Shown one piece after another: positions 34,693 to 43,047 of a stretch of 59,621 nt of DNA; position 1 is the stretch's first letter; the number at the start of each line of letters is the position of its first letter. The notes under the pieces are model-generated. The model worked only from the letters and a program-made list of their open reading frames with translations. It did no database searches and had not been told where the DNA came from. The DNA comes from a phage. Location of the stretch: sequence record PZ049713.1, one strand, 5' to 3'. A program made the position numbers and the translations under genes.

Positions 34693-35978
34693 TATGTGAG
34701 TCCTCGGATGCGGCGGGTGCCCGCTGCGCGCTTGATGATCGGGAAGCGGTGAACGACGAAGTAGCCGAAGGCATCGGCCGGGTCTTCCGTGCCGTCCTTG
34801 TTGGGCTCTCCGTGTTCGTTGTATGCCTGCTGCTCGAGCACCTGGGTGGTGACCGGGCATTTGTCGGTATTGACCTTCAGCCGGCGCACGCCCTCGCCAT
34901 TGAGGAACATGGCGTTAACGGCCAGAACGCGGTCACGAACCATTGGGTTAGCCGGGTTGACGCGAACCGTGAAGCCGGCCTGCTTGAGCAGGCTGTGATC
35001 CGACTCGCTGCCGTTGACGCTCTTGCGGTTCTTGCCGCTGGCGTCGGGGTAGACGGTGATCTTGTGGCCGGGGAATCGCTCCAGTAGCGCAGCGATCATT
35101 GCAGGCGTGTCGAACAGGCTGGTCAACTCATCCAGTTGCCGCGGCTCACCATCACGAATGACGAACACGCAGGCCGCCATCCGATTGATGTTGAAGTCCA
35201 TACCTACATGCAGCTCTTCACCCGGGCGAATCGTCTCGTCGGTGTGATTCAGGCGCCGGCAGAAGTTCGGATAGACCGATCCGCTCACTAGGTTGACGAA
35301 CTGGCCGTCAATGTAGGCGTCGACCAGGTTGGCCGGGTACGACTCGCGCAGCGAAGGGATGTAGTCCTTCGGCAGGTTCTTGGCGTTCTGCCGCGTGCTG
35401 GCATGGACGATGCCATACAGCGGGCGCTGGCTCGGATTGGCGGCCAGCTCCTTGACGAACTTGCGATATACCCAGTTGAACCCCTCCGGCGTGGTCGTCA
35501 CGTCGATGGTGTTCTCTCCGCGCGTCGGCCAGACAGTCGACATACGGGCGATGATCTTTTTCCAGGCGCTGTCAGCCTTCTTGATCGGCATGCAGTCGAT
35601 CTCGTCGACCAAGGCGTGCGCAATGTTGAAGCCGACGATGCGGCCAGGGTGCTCCATGCTCTTGCAGACGATCGTCGACAGGCAGCGGCCTTTCGAGTCG
35701 CGCAGATGCACCCGCTTGTTGCTCGGCACGATGTCAGCGAACAGCCCGAAGGCCTCGGCAACGCCCGGTATCGTGTCGTAGAAGATGTCCGCGATCTGCG
35801 GATAGGTAGGCGCGAAGTAGCCCTGCGGAATGCCGGGGTGCTCCAGCGCGTTGATACACAGCCGCACGCAGCCTACGAACGTCTTGCCGCTTCGATACCC
35901 GCCGACGAACGCTGAGAACTTCTTCGGGTGGCTGATAAACTCGAACTGCGGCTTATTCAGCTTCAGGGTCGCTTGCAT
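34692..35978 (-). CDS. terL: Terminase large subunit
   Basis: Walker A GGYRSGKT. 428 aa. Nuclease-domain acidic residues near the C-terminus. Confidence 0.9.
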   Translation of the reverse strand: MQATLKLNKPQFEFISHPKKFSAFVGGYRSGKTFVGCVRLCINALEHPGIPQGYFAPTYPQIADIFYDTIPGVAEAFGLFADIVPSNKRVHLRDSKGRCLSTIVCKSMEHPGRIVGFNIAHALVDEIDCMPIKKADSAWKKIIARMSTVWPTRGENTIDVTTTPEGFNWVYRKFVKELAANPSQRPLYGIVHASTRQNAKNLPKDYIPSLRESYPANLVDAYIDGQFVNLVSGSVYPNFCRRLNHTDETIRPGEELHVGMDFNINRMAACVFVIRDGEPRQLDELTSLFDTPAMIAALLERFPGHKITVYPDASGKNRKSVNGSESDHSLLKQAGFTVRVNPANPMVRDRVLAVNAMFLNGEGVRRLKVNTDKCPVTTQVLEQQAYNEHGEPNKDGTEDPADAFGYFVVHRFPIIKRAAGTRRIRGLT

Positions 35979-36426
35979 CTTCCACCCCGATGATGACTTG
36001 CTTCGGCTCAGGCAAGCCCTGATTCGGGTCTTCCAGTTCGCGGCGCAGCTTCTCGTTGGTCAGACGCTTGGTGTCGAGCTCTTCGCGCGTCTTGGTCAGC
36101 GACTCGATGCGCGCCAAGTAGCGGTCAGCCAGCAGGTCGTAGCCGTCCGCCTTCGCCATCAGCACGCGATTCAGCAGAACCTTCGTCAGCCGAAGCTCTT
36201 GGTCGATCTGGTCAATCTCGGCAGCATGGAAGTCGGCCTGCTCTTCATCCGTCAGGTACTTGCTATAAATCGATCCAGGCTTGGCGGCATGCCTGTTGCC
36301 GTACTGCCTTGCAGGCTCTTTCGGCCCCGTGCTTTTACCGCCATGAAGGGAGCAGCGGCTTTTCCCCGCAACAGCATCTCTTTGGCATTCCCCGCCCGCA
36401 CGGGTACGAGCCCAGCACTTAGGCAT
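35953..36426 (-). CDS. Terminase small subunit-like protein
   Basis: 157 aa. N-terminal Cys knuckle CWARTRAGGECQRDAVAGKSRCSLHGG plus a coiled coil. Overlaps the TerL start. Confidence 0.6.
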   Translation of the reverse strand: MPKCWARTRAGGECQRDAVAGKSRCSLHGGKSTGPKEPARQYGNRHAAKPGSIYSKYLTDEEQADFHAAEIDQIDQELRLTKVLLNRVLMAKADGYDLLADRYLARIESLTKTREELDTKRLTNEKLRRELEDPNQGLPEPKQVIIGVEDASDPEAE

Positions 36427-36470
36427 GGTTCAACCTCGCTCATGGGGTTTCGTTTTCTCAGATCAGCGAA

Positions 36471-37205
36471 TCACATTAGAAGCGTGAACTGCCCATCCCA
36501 CGAATCGGACTTCTTTAGGTTCAGCTTGGCCCACATGGGGCGCAGGTTGTTTAGGCTGTTTGCAGCTTTTAGCTGCACGGGGTCAGTCAGATCAAAGGAT
36601 GACAGCGGTCTAATGTGGTCGATATGCCACTTATCCCTGTTGTGCCAGCCCATTCCACTATGGAATAGCGCTTCAAGGTGCTGGGCAAGGTCAGAGGCTG
36701 AATAGCCTAGGCATTCGGCAGTAACGTCTTCTTTCGCCTTCCCAACAAGCTCCAAGCAGCGCCTTATCATGCATCTTGATGCCTCTGCCGCCATCCCTTG
36801 CGGCGTCGATCTTCGACGCTTGCCTCTAATTGAGATTGACACTCTGCCCTTTTCAGACTTGGCATACTCAGCCTTGCGCTGGCGATACTCTTTAGTTTTG
36901 CGTTTGGCGCGAATCTTCTCTTGGAATTCAGGAGAGTAGTATTTCCTCCTAAGGCGCTCTTTTGCTTGTGGCGTAGCGTTTCTGGACTTCGCCCTTGCGC
37001 TACGCTTCGCCCGGTACTCCTCAGACTCTTCGCGTCTTGCTGCTCGCTCTCTCTCGCACTCTAGACAGTGCCCGGTTGCAGAAGACCTTTCCGAGTAATG
37101 CTCTCTGCGGCACGGGATGCCCGTAAAGTATTTGCTGAGCCCGACCTCTTTCGCTACTGAGCGCGAGACAATATGAATGCACGCGGATAGACTTGCGTCA
37201 GTCAT
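36471..37205 (-). CDS. HNH endonuclease with one N-terminal Zn-ribbon repeat (terminase-associated position)
   Basis: YFTGIPCRREHYSERSSATGHCLEC repeat. C-terminal WHIDHIRPLSSF...NNLRPMWAKLNLKK HNH motif. Confidence 0.8.
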   Translation of the reverse strand: MTDASLSACIHIVSRSVAKEVGLSKYFTGIPCRREHYSERSSATGHCLECERERAARREESEEYRAKRSARAKSRNATPQAKERLRRKYYSPEFQEKIRAKRKTKEYRQRKAEYAKSEKGRVSISIRGKRRRSTPQGMAAEASRCMIRRCLELVGKAKEDVTAECLGYSASDLAQHLEALFHSGMGWHNRDKWHIDHIRPLSSFDLTDPVQLKAANSLNNLRPMWAKLNLKKSDSWDGQFTLLM

Positions 37206-37294
37206 TGCCGTGATCCTCGACCGATCAGGTGGTGGCTAGAAGCCCGGAAGTGTTAGCGCACTCCGGGCTTCGTCATTATAGCGCTTCGCTTAAT

Positions 37295-37480
37295 CTATTT
37301 CCCCACCATTTCCATCCACTCCTCCACGATCCGCTGCAACACGGGCTCGGTCAGGATGCTGGATGGCTGCCTTCCGGCTATTACGTCGCGAAGGAGGCTG
37401 TGCGGTATCTGGTGCACTGCGTCAGACGCATCGATGATGACGTGCGGCTGCCTGTCGGCTAGATCGACGACGTTTTGCAT
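37295..37480 (-). CDS. Hypothetical protein (61 aa)
   Basis: ORF co-oriented with the late genes. No recognisable motif. Confidence 0.4.
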   Translation of the reverse strand: MQNVVDLADRQPHVIIDASDAVHQIPHSLLRDVIAGRQPSSILTEPVLQRIVEEWMEMVGK

Positions 37481-37579
37481 GGGCGCGCTCTCGGTTTACT
37501 GCCAACCACACCTCTTTCCCGATCATCACAGCGACACAGGCTGCGATGTATAGGAACAGGATGGTGGCGTGCAGGCGTT

Positions 37580-37795
37580 TCACTTCGGCTCACCAGTCAC
37601 CTTCGGCTGCGACACCACCCGGGCGACAGCCATAGCCACGCCGAGAACCATGTTCACGCTGGCCCATGCGACGGGGCTGATGTGGCCCTCGAACGCTACC
37701 CATGCACCGGCTGCGGCGTTGAGCACTGCGGTCAGGATGGCGAGCTGCACACTGGTCAGACGCCAGCACTTGCGCCATTCAGGAATCAGGTTCAT
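37580..37795 (-). CDS. Holin-like two-TM protein (71 aa)
   Basis: Two hydrophobic helices (LAILTAVLNAAAGAWVAF; VNMVLGVAMAVARVV) and a charged C-terminus. Start overlaps the upstream stop. Confidence 0.55.
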   Translation of the reverse strand: MNLIPEWRKCWRLTSVQLAILTAVLNAAAGAWVAFEGHISPVAWASVNMVLGVAMAVARVVSQPKVTGEPK

Positions 37796-38106
37796 GAGCC
37801 GAACCCCTTAGCCACGAACGGCCATAGCTTGTCGAAAACTGCCACCATCACCACGCCGGCGCCAATCCCATAGGTGAGCTTGTTGCTCAGTGTGTCCACC
37901 TTCCCGGCTACCTCGTCCTGGCTCTCTCCGATTGCGGTGAGCTGGCGGGTCATGTGCTCGAACTGCTGCTCGAGCTTGGTGAGGCGGTTGGGTGACTGGG
38001 CGTGGTCGCGGTCGAATCTGTCTAGGCGGTGCCGGGTTACGGCTGCCTCTTGCTCCAGGGCGCCGACTCGCTCATGCACTGTCCTGCCCTCATGGCTGTC
38101 GGTCAT
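37792..38106 (-). CDS. Membrane-anchored coiled-coil protein (holin/antiholin candidate)
   Basis: 104 aa. Coiled-coil N-terminal part and C-terminal TM YGIGAGVVMVAVFDKLWPFV. Confidence 0.5.
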   Translation of the reverse strand: MTDSHEGRTVHERVGALEQEAAVTRHRLDRFDRDHAQSPNRLTKLEQQFEHMTRQLTAIGESQDEVAGKVDTLSNKLTYGIGAGVVMVAVFDKLWPFVAKGFGS

Positions 38107-38213
38107 AGTGGAGTCTCGTTGGTGTTTGGTCCGGCCTCACATGCGCGTGCGATCCGCTCGGGGCAAGGAGGCAGGCATGGGGCCGGAATAGGGTTTAGGC
38201 GCGTGCGCCTGAA

Positions 38214-38462
38214 TCAGTCAGCTGGGGAAATGTCCACGTAGTAGGCTTTCCCCAGCTCAAGCTTGTTAGCCACCTCAGTGACCATGCCTGCCCGGAACTC
38301 ACCGTAAGGGGTCAGCCTGCCGAACACAGCGTTTTCATCTTCTTCCGTCCCGGTTACGCCGCTCGCATATACCGCGCCGAACCGAACGAGCGACATGCCT
38401 TCGGTGTGCTGGTTAAGCGAGATTTCGTGACAGATCATCTTGCAGCGAATGCGATGGGTCAT
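38214..38462 (-). CDS. Hypothetical protein (82 aa), first gene of the late region
   Basis: First ORF after the terminator-rich leader. No recognisable motif. Confidence 0.55.
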   Translation of the reverse strand: MTHRIRCKMICHEISLNQHTEGMSLVRFGAVYASGVTGTEEDENAVFGRLTPYGEFRAGMVTEVANKLELGKAYYVDISPAD

Positions 38463-38513
38463 CTTGTGGTCCTTTGGTTGGTGCAGGATGGCCTATCAGT
38501 CTTTCGCCTGCTG

Positions 38514-38543
38514 AAACGAAGAAAGCCCCGCACTTGGCGAGGC
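38514..38543 (-). terminator. Intrinsic terminator (GCCTCGC..GCGGGGC family), late leader, distal
   Basis: Minus strand gcctcgc-caagt-gcggggc followed by tttcttcgttt. Confidence 0.65.
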
Positions 38544-38759
38544 CGAAAGATGTAGATCCCGATTCCCCGCACGTCTACGGGGCGATACCTGTTATCAGGT
38601 CGCGCAGTGTGCTGCGTGTGGCGCGTAGCCGATCGCAAGCAGGCCGGGGATTTGATGCGCTGTATTGGATGACGCGAGTATTAGCAGCGCTTGCCGTCGC
38701 ACGGCGTGGTGTTTGATGGGCGCAGGATGGCGAGGCCTTCGTCAGCCAGGTTCCGCCCG

Positions 38760-38790
38760 AAACGAAAAAGCCCCGACCGAAGTCAGGGCT
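38760..38790 (-). terminator. Strong intrinsic terminator in the late leader, proximal
   Basis: Minus strand agccctgac-ttcg-gtcggggct (9-bp stem, TTCG loop) followed by ttttcgttt. Confidence 0.75.
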
Positions 38791-39035
38791 CTTGAAGTTG
38801 TCCAAGGGGACTCTCCCCCTTGAGGCCACACCACTTTCTACTTGCGCTGATCAGACGCTTTCGCAGCAGGTGTCGCTGTATGCCGCGCCCGTAACGACAT
38901 TGGACCGGGACGATTCGCGACTCTCGGCCATCTCAACGCGAGAAATGACCAAGATAGGCATAGGATGGCTCATTGGCTCACAGGATGCAATAGCTGATTT
39001 GCACAAATCTGCGCTTTTTTGAGCAAATCTGCTGT

Positions 39036-39581
39036 TTATGCCGCTTGCTCAGCAATCAACCCCTCATTACCGAGGATCTCCTGCGCCTCAACCAGCGCTT
39101 GATCCACTTGGCGCTCCAGGTCACGGCGAATGTCCCGGCGCCACCGCTCCAGTGTCTTTTGCGGGCGGCCGTCTTCGTCCCAGCGGTCAAGCTCATACCA
39201 TGCGGCCGGCAATACGCTCGTGCTTCGCTTCCCTTCCGCGCCGGGCAGCTTCGGGAATGCCCAGGTGGCTACGGCGCACTGGATGAACCGGCCAGGTGCT
39301 GGCGACTTCACCGATCCGGCCAGCGCCATCATCGCATCGTGCTTGCGCTCCAGATGGGTGCTGTACTTGGCGACGAGCGCCAGCCACAGACCAACCGGCA
39401 GCGCCTTGTGCAGGCGACCATGGACCCAGCAGTCGGTTAAGAATGCCTCTTCCTTGCCGCAGATCGCCCCAGGCACTCGCTGGTCTTGCACCTTGGGGTC
39501 AAAGTCCACGCCGCCAGCGCTATTGATCGTCTCCGCAGCCAGAGCCCGGACTACTGCTGATACAACTGATGGGTAGGTCAT
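39036..39581 (-). CDS. Hypothetical 181-aa protein in the position of a late-gene antiterminator (Q-like by synteny only)
   Basis: Last gene of the Nin-like block, immediately upstream of a 570-bp leader with tandem terminators. No motif recognised. Confidence 0.6.
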   Translation of the reverse strand: MTYPSVVSAVVRALAAETINSAGGVDFDPKVQDQRVPGAICGKEEAFLTDCWVHGRLHKALPVGLWLALVAKYSTHLERKHDAMMALAGSVKSPAPGRFIQCAVATWAFPKLPGAEGKRSTSVLPAAWYELDRWDEDGRPQKTLERWRRDIRRDLERQVDQALVEAQEILGNEGLIAEQAA

Positions 39582-40723
39582 CAGAACAATCTCCCAAGGG
39601 ATGCTGCGAATTCGTAAGGGTCTTTAGCGCTCTTGCGCAGGTTGCAAGGCGGGCACGCGATAACCAGATTGTCGACCACGTGCATTCCACCCTTCGATAG
39701 CGGCTGATAGTGGTCAACGTGATAGTTGTTTTCACACTTTGATTTGCACCAGTGGCAAAACTTTGGAACTGATCGCTCCCAGGCCATAATCACGGACGTA
39801 CTATCGCCACCAGCCTCTAGCTGTCTGCGCCTAGCCTTGTACGCTTTAGATATCGCCTTCCTGATCTCTGGATTCTTCTTTGCCCACTCTTTGGCTTTCT
39901 GCGCCCTTACTTCCCTGTTTTGTTCGTTGCGAATTCTCGCAAGTTGAATGATCCGATCCCTGTTTTCAGCAAGGTATTTCCGGTCGTACTCTTTTTTAAG
40001 TTCAGACCGTGAGAAAATTGCCAAGCACTCGACACATGATCCGGAGGCTGTATATTTCATGCCGCTGTGGCCCTTCGAGCACGGCCGTCCGACATACATT
40101 AAGGCGCCGCTTTCGAGCGCTATCTTTCGTGCGCTCTTGGCTATCCTGCGCTCCTTGCGACGAGCAGCTACCTCCGCCAGCCGAGACGATCGCTCTTCTG
40201 AGATTCGCTTGCGCTCTGCCTTCCCCTTCTCGTACTCCTCCAGCGTCATTCCGAACTTGGCGGCTGCCGATATAGCCTCGCATGTCCGGCAGCGATCAGT
40301 TGATACGTAGCGCTCTGCTGAATGTCCGTTAACGCACGGCAATCCGATGCTGTAGAACATCAGCCCGGCATCCATAGCAGCTTGCCGGAGAGAAGCGCGC
40401 CGTTCCCTCTCAGCTTTCCGCACGGCCAGCCCTGGATCTCGCTTCAGCCGTCGCGACATTTTCTTCTCTGCGCACAAAGGGTCAGAGTCACGCCGCAGCT
40501 TTTGCTCAGCGCGCTCGGCCTCTATGTTCGCGTGATACTTAGCTTTCCTCTTCAGCCTGGCGCACTCACAGCACGCGCCATTGATCGTGGCCCTGCTGGC
40601 GACGTGACCGGCAGGGCAAGGCTTGCCAGTGAAATAGGATTTGCTGCCGGCCTCCTTCGCCTCTTTTCGGCTGCAAGGAAGGTTCAAGTCATCTTGATCT
40701 TTGTTAGAATTCAAATCAGCCAT
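39581..40723 (-). CDS. HNH endonuclease with three Zn-ribbon repeats
   Basis: ATG at 40723 has a gggag RBS (longest ORF runs to 40816). Repeats YFTGKPCPAGH..GACCEC, FYSIGLPCVNGH..DRCRTC, MYVGRPCSKGH..GSCVEC. C-terminal CHWC..HVDHYQPLSKGG..NLVIACPPCN. Confidence 0.8.
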   Translation of the reverse strand: MADLNSNKDQDDLNLPCSRKEAKEAGSKSYFTGKPCPAGHVASRATINGACCECARLKRKAKYHANIEAERAEQKLRRDSDPLCAEKKMSRRLKRDPGLAVRKAERERRASLRQAAMDAGLMFYSIGLPCVNGHSAERYVSTDRCRTCEAISAAAKFGMTLEEYEKGKAERKRISEERSSRLAEVAARRKERRIAKSARKIALESGALMYVGRPCSKGHSGMKYTASGSCVECLAIFSRSELKKEYDRKYLAENRDRIIQLARIRNEQNREVRAQKAKEWAKKNPEIRKAISKAYKARRRQLEAGGDSTSVIMAWERSVPKFCHWCKSKCENNYHVDHYQPLSKGGMHVVDNLVIACPPCNLRKSAKDPYEFAASLGRLF

Positions 40724-40806
40724 TTGTCGCTCCCATATAGCGCTAATGGTTAGGGCCGGCAGTGTGTTCCCGCACTCTGCTGGCCCGTTCAATTCTACCA
40801 AATTAA

Positions 40807-41934
40807 TCAAGCACATAACATTTCCGGCACAACTTCGTTAACTGCTACTCGCCCATATTCCTTGTGGTAGGTAATACCTATTGCGCGGCGGTTAGAGGCA
40901 TAGCCGAGTCTGGCTGCATATGATCCGGTCGCAGTCAGCGTCGGATGCCTGCGAACTATCATTCCGTTATGCGTAGCGACCTCTTCCTTGTGGTAGTGGC
41001 CGGTGTGCGCCTCTCTGTGCTTTGTGCAGCCCCAAATCTCGGGGAAGTTCGCCGCGAAGATGCCCGGCAGGTCCGAATTGCGCGCCTTGTGGCCGTGATG
41101 AAAGCCGAGCATCGTCTTGCCGTGCTGGTAGACGTAATACGGCGTCTCGCTCATGTTCACTTTCAATCTCGGCTCGTTTTCATATAGAGCCTCGAACATA
41201 TGGCGCAACCACAGCGATCCGGCCAAGTCATGGTTGCCCTCTGCAATTACCAGATGGACTTCCTCGTGCTTTGCCAGCGCCATATCAATAATGCTGCGTA
41301 GAACTTTGATACTAACCCGCACCAACTCTGCATATATGCCAGAGACGTTGAGCGGGTGCCGATTGGTTGGCGTTACTGGCTCCAGTCCGTCAAACGTCAG
41401 GAAGTCGCCTAGCTGGTTGATGACGCAATATCTCGCCTTGGCCGATGCGTTGATCATTGCGGCAAAGCAGCCGACAAGCACGCGCTCGGCTTCTTCGAGG
41501 TTCCAGTCGGCGCCACCCTGGATGGCAGTCGCGTATTCCCCGATGTGACAGTCCGTCAGGGTGTACAGGTTGCACAGCGCGTCGTCGGTTTGGGCAGGCC
41601 CGCCCATTGGCGCCAAGCGGTCTATCTGTTCGCCCATTGCTGCGGCTGCGGCGTGCATTAGCTCTAGCTGCCGTTCGTGGTCGATGCTGGACTTGACCCA
41701 CTGCAGCTTCTGCTCGCCGTCCTTGCCGTACAGTGTCGACGTGCCTTTCAGGTGGAAGCCGTCCGGCACGCTCTTGGTCATGTCGTGCTCCGGGCTCCAC
41801 CCCTGACGAGCCAAGCGCGCCTTATGGGTGTAGACGTTGCGCTCGTGCAGCCCAAGGATCTGCGCAGCCTCTGCCACAGTGCGGCCAGTCAGCGCGGCCT
41901 TGATTTCGTCGTCTGTCGCTTTGCGTGCGGCCAT
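40807..41934 (-). CDS. HTH-containing calcineurin-like metallophosphoesterase
   Basis: N-terminal TVAEAAQILGLHERNVYTHKARLARQG. Phosphoesterase motifs LVIAEGNHD, GFHHGH, HTGHYH. Confidence 0.7.
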   Translation of the reverse strand: MAARKATDDEIKAALTGRTVAEAAQILGLHERNVYTHKARLARQGWSPEHDMTKSVPDGFHLKGTSTLYGKDGEQKLQWVKSSIDHERQLELMHAAAAAMGEQIDRLAPMGGPAQTDDALCNLYTLTDCHIGEYATAIQGGADWNLEEAERVLVGCFAAMINASAKARYCVINQLGDFLTFDGLEPVTPTNRHPLNVSGIYAELVRVSIKVLRSIIDMALAKHEEVHLVIAEGNHDLAGSLWLRHMFEALYENEPRLKVNMSETPYYVYQHGKTMLGFHHGHKARNSDLPGIFAANFPEIWGCTKHREAHTGHYHKEEVATHNGMIVRRHPTLTATGSYAARLGYASNRRAIGITYHKEYGRVAVNEVVPEMLCA

Positions 41935-42299
41935 TAGGCTGCCTCCCCCGAGGTGTACTGCATGATGCGAACGCGTACCGCGCCGCCCTTCACGGTTTCG
42001 TCGCTCACGCTGAGCTGAGTCACGAACCGGTTGTCATCGATGCCCAGCGCGTCTGCCAGGCCGTCTCTGCCCGCCTTGAACGCGGCGAGCATGTTGTCGT
42101 CGTCCCGCTTGCGCCGATCGGGCGGCAGGAACTCGATTGCGAGCAGTGCGCGGCCTTCCGGCATTACCAGCCCGGCCGCCTTGCAGAGCAGGTGGCAGTC
42201 GGCTCGGTACTTCTTGGCGATCGGCGCCTTTGCTCGCCAGTGCTTGCGCGAGTTCGGGCTGAGTTCCTTCGGCGGCCAGGGCAGCAGGACTTCGGTCAT
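41934..42299 (-). CDS. rusA: RusA Holliday junction resolvase
   Basis: ...PPKELSPNSRKHWRAKA...DDDNMLAAFKAGRDGLADALGIDD... matches RusA family motifs. Confidence 0.85.
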   Translation of the reverse strand: MTEVLLPWPPKELSPNSRKHWRAKAPIAKKYRADCHLLCKAAGLVMPEGRALLAIEFLPPDRRKRDDDNMLAAFKAGRDGLADALGIDDNRFVTQLSVSDETVKGGAVRVRIMQYTSGEAA

Positions 42300-42523
42300 C
42301 TACTCCCCCTCGCCTTCGCTTCCAGCGCAGCGCGCACCATCTTGCGCAGCAGCGGGCTCATCCTCGACAGTTCGGCCGATACCCACTGGCGCCACTTCGG
42401 CAGACCCATTGGCTTGCAGCGCTCCCGCATCTTGTCCGCGATTGCGAGAGCAAGTGCTTCCGCATTGGCCTTTGCAGTCAGGCCTTCCGCTGTTAATCCA
42501 CGCCTCGCCGCAGAGCACTTCAT
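42296..42523 (-). CDS. Hypothetical protein (75 aa)
   Basis: ORF with a stop/start overlap to rusA. Confidence 0.55.
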   Translation of the reverse strand: MKCSAARRGLTAEGLTAKANAEALALAIADKMRERCKPMGLPKWRQWVSAELSRMSPLLRKMVRAALEAKARGSR

Positions 42524-42559
42524 CGCCTAGCCTCGCCTGTACGTCGATTCGAGAGAGCT

Positions 42560-42889
42560 TCATACGATGTACGCCTTCTCTTCTGGAGTGCGGCAGTCGA
42601 TGGTGTTCTGCTGGCCGAACTCTGGCGGCAGGCGGTCCTCGGCCAACTTCGCGTAGCCTTGGATGTCGTGCCAGTTGTCGGCGTAGTTCGGGTCGCCTGA
42701 GAGGATGCGCCCCACCTTGTCTGCGATTACCTCGAGCGATTGCTTCTGCACGTCAGTCAGGCGATCCCAGCCGGCTTCGGCGCACATGGTGCGTTTCAGG
42801 TTCTGGCAGATCCGGGCGTGGTCGGTGAAGTCGCCGTAACGGCTGCCGCGCTCTGCCAGGGTTTGTGCGAGTTTGTTTGCGTCAGTCAT
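42560..42889 (-). CDS. Conserved Nin-region phage protein (109 aa; DUF6378-like)
   Basis: ATG at 42889 has an aggaag RBS. ...ERGSRYGDFTDHARICQNLKRTM... motif. The longer ORF to 43054 is Pro/Arg-rich and looks like a non-coding extension. Confidence 0.6.
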   Translation of the reverse strand: MTDANKLAQTLAERGSRYGDFTDHARICQNLKRTMCAEAGWDRLTDVQKQSLEVIADKVGRILSGDPNYADNWHDIQGYAKLAEDRLPPEFGQQNTIDCRTPEEKAYIV

Positions 42890-43047
42890 TGCGGCTTCCT
42901 GTCTTGTCTGTTGTTTGCGATCAGGGGGAGCTGGCCGGGCTTTAGCGGCCATGGGTGTTCCTTGCGGCAGTCGTGGCACCAGACGATCTGGCGGCTGCTG
43001 AATGCCGTGGTGTCGTGGTTGGCGTTGGTGGGGCATGGGACTTTCAA
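42886..43047 (-). CDS. Possible small Zn-ribbon protein (53 aa, TTG start)
   Basis: Coupling overlaps at both ends (TTGA with the upstream stop, ATGA with the downstream start). CPTNANH...CHDC. Confidence 0.4.
   Translation of the reverse strand: MKVPCPTNANHDTTAFSSRQIVWCHDCRKEHPWPLKPGQLPLIANNRQDRKPQ

Noticed and set aside
33349-34860. 503-aa version of the portal ORF and the 1027-aa version of the tape-measure ORF (22329-25412)
   Set aside because: The N-terminal extensions are Arg/Pro/His-rich, overlap the upstream gene and lack an RBS. Internal ATGs at 34692 and 25382 give proper coupling or RBS contexts.
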